A program made the position numbers and the translations under genes. Below, piece after piece: positions 9,085 through 16,181 of a stretch of DNA of 64,000 nt (within the stretch, counting starts at the first letter, position 1; each line of letters begins with the position of its first letter). The notes beneath the pieces are model-generated. The model worked only from the letters and a program-made list of their open reading frames with translations, was not told the DNA's origin and did no database searches. Origin of the DNA: Eubacteriales bacterium (GTDB taxonomy: Bacteria; Bacillota; Clostridia; Oscillospirales; CAG-272); NCBI GenBank assembly GCA_045594085.1, contig JAZNXW010000004.1, positions 91,448 to 155,447 on the forward strand, read 5' to 3'.

Positions 9085-9585
9085 TTTGTGCTGTGGGGCG
9101 GTTGCACGCTCGGCGTGGGTGAGGTTCTCGCACTGCGTGCGGACGGCGACGCGCCGCCTGCGTCGGCGCGGGTGCAGGCACACGCTCGACGAACACGATA
9201 TATACGCTTATACGCGCTCTGCCGGAAAGCCCACTTCGTGTGCCGGCGATACTTTTACCCTCGGCGGTAAAAGTATCCAAAATCGCCGTTCGGGACGGGG
9301 GAAAGGTCCGCTGACGCGGAGAACATTCCTTTCCCCCTATCCCGAACCCCAACCCCCTATCCTTGGGGTGGTTTCGAATGAAGAAAGATAACACACTTTC
9401 CTAATGCAGACACCTCTGTTTTGAGCGTCAGTCACCTCATTGACCGCGGTTTTATGCGCATAAAACGCATCTTCAGCATCGCGGAGTGTGTTCGACGTTT
9501 GCGAAGCTAAAAACGATTAACGCGAAGCAGGTGCCGCCACCCGCGTACGCAGTGCGCATATCGCCGCGCGTCATCGCACCTCCCC

Positions 9586-9954
9586 CTACTTCTTCGCCTT
9601 TGCCTTGAAAATAAGTGCGACAACATATCCGAATACGATCGCGGCGGTGATTCCCGCGGCTCCCGCGGTCAATCCGCCCGTCAACGCACCGATGAGCCCT
9701 GATTTTGCGACCTCCTCGCGCACTCCTTTGCCGAGCAGATACCCGAATCCCGTCAGGGGAGTCGTCGCACCTGCTCCCGCGAACTTTACAAGCGGCTCGT
9801 AGAGCCCGACGGCGTAAAGAATAACGCCTGCGGTGACGTACGATACAAGAATTCGCGCAGGTGTCAGCTTCGTCTTGTCGATCAGTATCTGCGCGATGAC
9901 GGAAATGCCGCCCCCGACGGCAAATACAATGAAATAATCAATGATTTTGTCCAT
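9586..9954 (-). CDS. spoVAE: Stage V sporulation protein AE (SpoVAEB-type membrane protein)
   Basis: 122 aa, MDKIIDYFIVFAVGGGISVIAQILID...GAGATTPLTGFG. AAGGAG RBS. Follows the spoVAD stop by 1 nt. Confidence 0.9.
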   Translation of the reverse strand: MDKIIDYFIVFAVGGGISVIAQILIDKTKLTPARILVSYVTAGVILYAVGLYEPLVKFAGAGATTPLTGFGYLLGKGVREEVAKSGLIGALTGGLTAGAAGITAAIVFGYVVALIFKAKAKK

Positions 9955-9955
9955 T

Positions 9956-10969
9956 TCAGCTCCTTTTGTCCGCGCAAATGCGCAAAAGATGACATATTCC
10001 CGGGATGCTGTTCCCCTGCTGAACAGACGCGGGACTCATAAGCGCACCCGTTGCCATAAATAAAATATCGTGCAGGTCAACTCCCATACGCGGCAGGATC
10101 GACGCAGACAGAACGGACGCAGAACACCCGCAGCCGGATCCGCCGGAATGCTTGTCCGATTTTTCACGGTCGTAGATCATAAGACCGCAGTCCGCGTGTC
10201 GGGATGATACGTCATGCCCCGCCGCGGATAAAAACTCGGTGAGAATGCGGCTTCCTTCCGCACCGAGATCGCCCGTCACGATCATATCAAACGAGTCGGG
10301 CGAGCGCCCCGTTTCGTCGAAATAGCGGCAGAGCGTGTCGATGGCGGCGGGCGCCATCCCCGCCCCCATGTTGTTGAGATCGTTGATGCCGCGGTCAATG
10401 CTCCGCCCCGGAAGCACCTCCGTTATCTTAAGTGAACCGCGGTGCTTTTCGTCCGCGGACAAAACGAACGCGCCCGCGCCTGTCACCGTCCATTGCGCAG
10501 TAGGGGCGCGCTGTCCCCCGTACTCGACGGGATATCGAAACTGACGCTCCGCGGCACAGTTGTGGGAGCTTGCGACGGCGGCGGTCGTCAGTCCGTATGC
10601 GGAGCTGACGAGAGACGCGAGAATCAGCCCTTCCGCGCACGTAGAGCACGCGCCGTAAAGCCCGAAATAGGGCGCGTCGAAGCCGAGCAGACCGTATGCG
10701 GACCCGACACATTGATTTTGCAGGTCGCCGGCGAAGATCGCGGCAAGCTCCGCATCCGTCATCGATGCCTTGCGCAAAGCCTCGGATAGCGCGAGCCGCT
10801 GCATTTCTCCTTCCGCCGATTCCCACGTCTTTGCCCCAAACTCGTCGGTGCCCGTCTCGTCCGTGACATCAAATCTGCCGCCGAGAGGACCGTCGTCCTC
10901 GTGCTTGCCGACAACGGAGGCGGAGGCGATGATGTACACGTCCCGAGACAATTTTATCGTTGATCTCAT
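9956..10969 (-). CDS. spoVAD: Stage V sporulation protein AD (thiolase-fold)
   Basis: Track ORF trimmed to the ATG at 10969 (MRSTIKLSRDVYIIASASVVGKHE...) with an AAGGGGGA RBS. The resulting length of about 337 aa is typical of SpoVAD. Confidence 0.9.
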   Translation of the reverse strand: MRSTIKLSRDVYIIASASVVGKHEDDGPLGGRFDVTDETGTDEFGAKTWESAEGEMQRLALSEALRKASMTDAELAAIFAGDLQNQCVGSAYGLLGFDAPYFGLYGACSTCAEGLILASLVSSAYGLTTAAVASSHNCAAERQFRYPVEYGGQRAPTAQWTVTGAGAFVLSADEKHRGSLKITEVLPGRSIDRGINDLNNMGAGMAPAAIDTLCRYFDETGRSPDSFDMIVTGDLGAEGSRILTEFLSAAGHDVSSRHADCGLMIYDREKSDKHSGGSGCGCSASVLSASILPRMGVDLHDILFMATGALMSPASVQQGNSIPGICHLLRICADKRS

Positions 10970-10988
10970 AGATCCCCCTTCTGTATGC

Positions 10989-11027
10989 GAAAAACTCCGC
11001 AAACTTTTTTCATAGTTTGCGGAGTTC
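10989..11027 (-). terminator. Rho-independent terminator after mnmA
   Basis: On the minus strand, an 11-bp stem (actccgcaaac / gtttgcggagt) followed by TTTTT. Confidence 0.7.
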
Positions 11028-11042
11028 ACGGTGTTTTTATTC
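11013..11042 (-). promoter_or_regulatory. Candidate forespore (sigma-G/F-type) promoter for spoVAD-spoVAE
   Basis: On the minus strand, GAATA (11038-11042), an 18-nt spacer, then CAAACTA (11013-11019). The sigma-G consensus as I recall it is GHATR-N17-18-CATXHTA. The -10 element lies inside the mnmA terminator hairpin. Confidence 0.35.
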
Positions 11043-11076
11043 GAATTTTGCGGATCTTGCGCCACATATGCGCCGT

Positions 11077-12144
11077 TTACATGATCTCTCCGCCGCCGAT
11101 GAGCAAGTCGCCGTCGTAGAAAACGCAGTGCTGACCGCGCGTTGCAGCTCGTTGCGGCTCGTCGAAAATGACCTTCAGCTTGCCGCCACCGACAGGATAA
11201 ACGGTCGCGGCAGCCTCGCGCGGAGTGTATCGGAGCTTTGCCGTGACTCGTATGGGCTCCGTCAGGGAGTCGATCGCGGTCAGATTCACGTCCCCGACGC
11301 TGACATCGCGCCTGAAGAGCGCGTCCTCATCCGCAAGCGTCACGGTGTTTGCCACCGCGTCCTTGTCCGTGACGTAGACGGGATGTCCGAACGCGACGCC
11401 GAGCCCCTTGCGCTGACCTGTCGTGTAGCGCGCAAAGCCGTGGTGGCGTCCGATCACGTTGCCGTTTACGTCGATGAAGTCGCCGTCACGGTGACGGAAT
11501 CCGCATTTCTCCATATACGCGGCGTAGTCGCCGTCCGGAACGAAGCAAATGTCCTGGCTGTCCTTGTCTGTGCCGCAGGTGAAGCCGTGGGAGGTGACAA
11601 GCTCGCGGATCTCGGGCTTGGTGAGAGATCCGAGAGGGAGCAGGAGCCGAGAAAGCATCTCCTGCGTCAGAAGATACAGCATATAGCTCTGATCTTTTTT
11701 TGTGTCGGCGGCTTTTTTTACAGATGCCCTGCCGCCGTCGAGCGTGACGGGAATCGCGTAGTGACCCGTCGCGATAAAATCGATACCGAGTGAGTCCGCA
11801 AGCTCAAGAAGACAGCGGATCTTGACTCGTCTGTTGCAGATGACGCAGGGATTGGGCGTTTTGCCCGTTGCGTAAGCGTCAACGAACGGCTCGGTGACGC
11901 AGACGCGGAAGTCGTTCCGTCTGTCAAGAGCGATGTGAGGTATGGAAAGACGTGCGGTAACCTCTTTTGCCTTTGCGGAAGCGGTGCCGTCCGCGTATGA
12001 GAGGAACGCGGAAGCGTCCTTTTCGTTGCCGTTGAAGAGGAAGGTCACACCCGTGACGTCGTAGCCGCCGCGCGCGAGCAGTATCGCCGCCGCCGCACTG
12101 TCTACCCCTCCGGACATTGCCAATAAAACTTTTTTGTTTGTCAT
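11077..12144 (-). CDS. mnmA: tRNA 2-thiouridine(34) synthase MnmA
   Basis: PP-loop SGGVDS, ...NPCVICN... and conserved C-terminal domains. GGAG RBS. Confidence 0.93.
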   Translation of the reverse strand: MTNKKVLLAMSGGVDSAAAAILLARGGYDVTGVTFLFNGNEKDASAFLSYADGTASAKAKEVTARLSIPHIALDRRNDFRVCVTEPFVDAYATGKTPNPCVICNRRVKIRCLLELADSLGIDFIATGHYAIPVTLDGGRASVKKAADTKKDQSYMLYLLTQEMLSRLLLPLGSLTKPEIRELVTSHGFTCGTDKDSQDICFVPDGDYAAYMEKCGFRHRDGDFIDVNGNVIGRHHGFARYTTGQRKGLGVAFGHPVYVTDKDAVANTVTLADEDALFRRDVSVGDVNLTAIDSLTEPIRVTAKLRYTPREAAATVYPVGGGKLKVIFDEPQRAATRGQHCVFYDGDLLIGGGEIM

Positions 12145-12195
12145 AAAACTCCAATCTCGCCGCGGAAGGCGCAGATGAATGAAGGAAATTGCCGT

Positions 12196-13185
12196 TTAAT
12201 TTTTGCTTAAAACGCGCCGTTGAGCGTGCTTTTTCATAAACTCGTCCACCTTCGCCAGATATCGCGTCGGATCCTGATAGAAGCTGTATCCGTGCGAGGC
12301 GCCGTCAATTAGCAAAAGCTCGCAGACGCCGTGCCGCGATTCGTAAATATCAACGGAAAAGCGCGCGGGAACGTATCTGTCGGCGGTGCCGTGGATCAAA
12401 AGGATCGGCACGTCCGTTACGGAAACGGAATCGCACGCAGTGCGCTCGTCGAATGCCCAGCCCGCGCGCCTCTTGCAAAGACGGCTCGTAAGCGGAATGA
12501 GCGGGAACGGCGGCAGATGATAGTCGCGGTCAAGTATGTATCGGAACTCTTCCTCGGGGGCGTTGTAGGGGCAGTCCGCGATGATGCCCGATACGTGCTC
12601 GCGCACAAACGGCAAGTCCGATGCCATAAGAACGGTTGCAGAACCCATCGAGCATCCGAAAAGGAAGAGCTCCGCGCCGTCACCGAAGCGGCGCGTGACA
12701 AATCGGCACCAACCCTCAACGTCACAGCGCTCAAGCACGCCGAATCCGTAGTATTTGCCGTCGCTTTTGCCCGACGTGCGGTGATCTATCAGCAGAACGT
12801 TGCAGCCGAGCCCGTAAAAACGCCGTGCAAGCACGGGAAAATCCACCTCGGGCGCGCTTTTGTAGCCGTGAACGAAAATGACAGTCGCCGCATCTCCGTT
12901 CGAGACGTAGAGCCTGCCGCGGAGCGTCAGTCCGTCGCGTGAGACGATCGATACGTCCTCGTGCGGATGCTCCCGGATGAAGCGCTTGCCGAGGGAGATG
13001 TCGCGCAGCAGATATTCTCTTTCCGTGCCGGATAAACGCTGATGTAAAACGTCCGCGAAGTCACGCGGCTCGTCTTTCATGCGTTTGATTGCAACTGAAA
13101 AGAAATACTCAACAGCAATATATACCGCAAGCGCGCATAAAACGATCGCGCCGAGCGTGATGTAAAGCCAAGTCACGGACCTCAC
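12196..13185 (-). CDS. Membrane-anchored alpha/beta hydrolase
   Basis: N-terminal TM helix, GCSMGS nucleophile elbow, and late D/H residues (HGTADRYV...ASHG). The start could be the GTG at 13185 or the GTG at 13176. Confidence 0.8.
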   Translation of the reverse strand: MRSVTWLYITLGAIVLCALAVYIAVEYFFSVAIKRMKDEPRDFADVLHQRLSGTEREYLLRDISLGKRFIREHPHEDVSIVSRDGLTLRGRLYVSNGDAATVIFVHGYKSAPEVDFPVLARRFYGLGCNVLLIDHRTSGKSDGKYYGFGVLERCDVEGWCRFVTRRFGDGAELFLFGCSMGSATVLMASDLPFVREHVSGIIADCPYNAPEEEFRYILDRDYHLPPFPLIPLTSRLCKRRAGWAFDERTACDSVSVTDVPILLIHGTADRYVPARFSVDIYESRHGVCELLLIDGASHGYSFYQDPTRYLAKVDEFMKKHAQRRVLSKN

Positions 13186-13261
13186 TCCTTTCGGGGGTTT
13201 ACTTTTTCGGTGAAATGTTGTAAAATATCGGTGTCAGATCAGATGCAGTATGGAGGCACAA

Positions 13262-13465
13262 ATGAAAAACGACAAAAACTTCACAGTAAAGCTGTCCGAC
13301 GACCTTATGCGCCGTCTTCTTTACATAGCCGCTGCCGAAAAGCGTACGCCCAATAACCACATCGTCTATATGCTCCGTCAGAATATCGCCTATTACGAGC
13401 GGGTTCACGGCAAGATCCCCGAAGCAGAGCTTCGCAAGATCGAGCTTCCGACAGAGGAGGCTTAA
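13262..13465 (+). CDS. Small ribbon-helix-helix (Arc/CopG-like) DNA-binding protein
   Basis: 67 aa from the ATG at 13262, with GGAGG 5 nt upstream. KNFTVKLSDDLMRRLLYIAAAEKRTPNNHIVYMLRQ looks like a beta-strand followed by two helices, as in RHH proteins. Confidence 0.55.
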   Translation: MKNDKNFTVKLSDDLMRRLLYIAAAEKRTPNNHIVYMLRQNIAYYERVHGKIPEAELRKIELPTEEA

Positions 13466-13791
13466 TCGACTCTGCTCGTCAGATCGATCAGAAGATCGAT
13501 GTCGTCGGGCTGGACGGAGGCCTCGTGGGCGGCTTTGTTTCTGCCCACGGCGCCGCATTTTTCACATTTGTGGATGATGACGTAGCCTCGCTTCGCATCG
13601 GGCTCGACGCGGACGGGCCGCATAATTCCGCCGCAGTCGGCGGCTCTGTCGCCGGGGTTCACGTCAAGATGAAGGGAGCAAAGACAGCGCGGACAGTGAT
13701 TGCGCGAGGTGTAGCCGAGAGGGAGGACCTCAAATCCGCAGTTCGCGCAGATGAAGCCCGAATCGTTTTTTCTGAATCTTTTTTCGTCCAT
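13462..13791 (-). CDS. RNHCP domain-containing zinc-ribbon protein
   Basis: Contains a literal RNHCP motif (YTSRNHCPRCLCSLH) plus CANCG and CEKCG cysteine pairs. Confidence 0.8.
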   Translation of the reverse strand: MDEKRFRKNDSGFICANCGFEVLPLGYTSRNHCPRCLCSLHLDVNPGDRAADCGGIMRPVRVEPDAKRGYVIIHKCEKCGAVGRNKAAHEASVQPDDIDLLIDLTSRVD

Positions 13792-13830
13792 GGATGTAGT
13801 TCTTTCGTATATTTTTGCCGTGATTGCGCG

Positions 13831-16014
13831 TCACGGCTTATTTTTTTGTCTGTCGCAGAGAAGGCGGAGGGCCTCGTCGAGGCTTACTGACGCAAGCGCG
13901 CTCATCCTGTCAAGCTCCGTTGACGCAGGCTGTGACATCACACGCTCTGCGGCGAGCTTTACATCGTCCGCGGTAATCGAGCGTGCATCAAGGCAAGCGT
14001 CAAGACGTGCGTGACGCATAAATCCCGTTACTTTTTCGTCGTATGCGACAGCGACAACGGGCGTTTTTGCGTGCACGGCAAATACGGCGGCGTGCAGCCG
14101 CATCGTCACGGCGAGAGCCGCACCCTCAAGGATGGCATACGCTTCGTCCGCATCCGACGGGATGATGACCTCGCCTTCGCTCGCTCTCGCGGCGGCAAGC
14201 GAAAGCTCTCTGTCAAGCTGCGGATGCATCACAATGTAAACGGGACGAAGCCCACGCTCGGCGCATATGGCAGAAATCGCCTCCGCGACGGTCATCGCCG
14301 CGTCTGTGCGCCCGTCTATGTGCCTGACTGAGACGGCAACGTAATCGCGTGACACAGCGGTCTTTTCCGAGGGGGAAGACAGAAGTGTCGGATCGGCGGA
14401 AAGCTCCGCTCGAACAGAGATGCCCGCTCGCTTCATGGAATCGAGCGCGTCCGAGTCGCGTGCGGTTATGACGTTGACGTTTTCGTTGATGACGCGCACG
14501 GCAAAGGATAGATTGCGTGCGCTTTTGATCGGTCCGAATCCGTTTGCGTATTGTATCACGGCTGAGCCGTGCTTTTTTGCTTTTTTGATAACGGACAGAT
14601 AGTACCGAAGCGAGCGTGAGCTCGTTTTGTCCTGCATCAGAGTGCCTCCGCCCGAGATCAGCACGCGCGAGCGCGCGAGCGCTCTTCCGACGGCGGAGCC
14701 GTAACGGAATCGGGCGTCAACGCCGAGCCACAGGCGAGTCTGCCTCGGTCGGCGGGACAGAACGGTGAAGGTCGCGTCGGGGCGCTTCTCACGTATGCCG
14801 CTGATGATGGCGCCAAGCACGGCATCGTCTCCGACGTTGCCGTAGCCGTAGTATCCCGAAACGGCGAAATCGCAGGATCTGCCGTCTGCTTTTGTTGCAT
14901 GCTCGCGGGATATGATCCGCTTGTAAATGTCTGTATGCGCCTCTTGTGCGCGAGATACGGAAAAGCTGTCTGCGAGACGCTTTCGCGCCGCGTTACCGAG
15001 ACGCTTTGCAAGCTCGGAATCACGCGCAAGCGTGATAAGACGCGCGGCGAGCGCGTCGGCGTCTCCGACAGGGAAGAGAAGACCTGTTTGCCCGTCGCGG
15101 ATGAAAATCGGTATGCCTCCGACGTCGGCGGCGACGGTGGGGAGAGAGAGGGCGGCGCCCTCAAGCATAGAATAAGGGAAGCTCTCGGAGCGGGAGGGGA
15201 TCACGTTTGCGTCAATGGCGGCGTAAAACGACGCAACGTCGTCGATACGGCCGAGAAAATGCACAGATCCCTCGATCCCGAGTCTTCGCGAAAGAGAGAT
15301 CAAGCGTTTGCGCTCGCCTCCGTCGCCTGCAAAAAGAAAAACTGCGTCGGGAAGCTCGCGAATGACGCGCGCCGCGGCGCGGATCAGCACGTCTGTGCCC
15401 TTGACGCGGTCAAGACGTGCGGCACAGCCGAAAACGACGGCGCCGTCCGGCAGACTCAATGAGTGCCTTGCGTAAAAATCCGCTCGCGAGAGTGAGGGAG
15501 ATATGCTGTCCGCATCGAGCCCGTTATAAACGGTGAAGATCGAATTAGGGGCAAATCCGCGTCGGATGAGCATCTCGCGGAAGCTGTCCGAAACAGCGAT
15601 GCGATATGGAATGCGCGTGAGCGCAAGCATATTGAGCGGAGTAAAAACGAGCTTTTTGATCGGGGATTCAAAATCACGCAGGTAATCGCTGTGGACGGTC
15701 GTGACGGTGGTCACTCCCGTTCGCCGCCTTACGAATGCGGCAACGAAATTGGCACGCGCACCGTGCGCGTGAAGTATGTCAAAGCCGTCGCGCGAGATCA
15801 TCTCGGCGATGGAGCCGACGACGGACAGATCGAATCTGCTTTTCTGACGGAACAGGATGTGATCGACGCCGAGCGCGTCAAGCCCGCGGAAAAATATCCC
15901 GTCCGTGAGGCAACCGACGCGGATCTGATCCGCAGACGGCGAAGAAAACAGCGTGTAAAGCGCGGTTTTTGCGCCGCCGCTGTCGCCGCCCGATATAAGA
16001 TGAAGAATTTTCAT
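13831..16014 (-). CDS. Fusion protein: GT4-family glycosyltransferase (N-terminal) plus polysaccharide pyruvyl transferase CsaB (C-terminal)
   Basis: N-terminal MKILHLISGGDSGGAKT and ESFPYSMLEGAALSLPTVAADVGG (E-x7-E) indicate GT4. From about aa 375, FAVSGYYGYGNVGDDAVLGAIISGI and VISGGGTLMQD look CsaB-like. Confidence 0.85.
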   Translation of the reverse strand: MKILHLISGGDSGGAKTALYTLFSSPSADQIRVGCLTDGIFFRGLDALGVDHILFRQKSRFDLSVVGSIAEMISRDGFDILHAHGARANFVAAFVRRRTGVTTVTTVHSDYLRDFESPIKKLVFTPLNMLALTRIPYRIAVSDSFREMLIRRGFAPNSIFTVYNGLDADSISPSLSRADFYARHSLSLPDGAVVFGCAARLDRVKGTDVLIRAAARVIRELPDAVFLFAGDGGERKRLISLSRRLGIEGSVHFLGRIDDVASFYAAIDANVIPSRSESFPYSMLEGAALSLPTVAADVGGIPIFIRDGQTGLLFPVGDADALAARLITLARDSELAKRLGNAARKRLADSFSVSRAQEAHTDIYKRIISREHATKADGRSCDFAVSGYYGYGNVGDDAVLGAIISGIREKRPDATFTVLSRRPRQTRLWLGVDARFRYGSAVGRALARSRVLISGGGTLMQDKTSSRSLRYYLSVIKKAKKHGSAVIQYANGFGPIKSARNLSFAVRVINENVNVITARDSDALDSMKRAGISVRAELSADPTLLSSPSEKTAVSRDYVAVSVRHIDGRTDAAMTVAEAISAICAERGLRPVYIVMHPQLDRELSLAAARASEGEVIIPSDADEAYAILEGAALAVTMRLHAAVFAVHAKTPVVAVAYDEKVTGFMRHARLDACLDARSITADDVKLAAERVMSQPASTELDRMSALASVSLDEALRLLCDRQKNKP

Positions 16015-16047
16015 AGCGATCTCCGTGTCGGTTTGAGGGGATATGTT

Positions 16048-16056
16048 ATTATATCA
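16048..16056 (-). promoter_or_regulatory. Candidate extended -10 promoter element (TGaTATAAT) for the GT4-CsaB gene
   Basis: On the minus strand, TGATATAAT lies about 35 nt upstream of the ATG at 16014. The -35 element is weak (TTTATT). Confidence 0.35.
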
Positions 16057-16149
16057 CCGTTCGGTGAAAAAATAAATACGCAGAAGGGATTTTTTGTATT
16101 TGGCGGGGGAGGGGATGCGCACTGCATGCCCTGTGCGCACCTCCCACAC

Positions 16150-16181
16150 AAAAAAAGCGATGGAGGAGTATTACTCCTCCA
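16150..16181 (-). terminator. Rho-independent terminator of the GH2 gene, overlapping its last codons
   Basis: Arms tggaggagta / tactcctcca, followed on the minus strand by a run of seven T. Confidence 0.7.

Noticed and set aside
9290-9330. A GGGGGAAAGGTCCGC motif that superficially resembles the RNase P RNA P4 element (GAGGAAAGUCC).
   Set aside because: The match is inexact, with an extra G. None of the other universally conserved RNase P blocks, such as the ACAGAA..CCGGCUUA-type 3' element, are visible on either strand of the gap.
8891-9394. Track ORFs 8891..9394 (minus strand, 167 aa), 9044..9391 (plus strand, 115 aa) and 8479..9183 (minus strand) in or next to the pduL-spoVAE gap.
   Set aside because: They have no ribosome-binding sites and an Arg/Pro/Gly-biased composition. 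They overlap the pduL coding sequence or its terminator. The region is treated as non-coding pending a search.
13262-13465. The RHH protein as the antitoxin half of a toxin-antitoxin pair.
   Set aside because: No co-directional toxin-sized ORF lies up- or downstream. The only neighbour is the convergent RNHCP zinc-ribbon gene, which is not a known toxin family.
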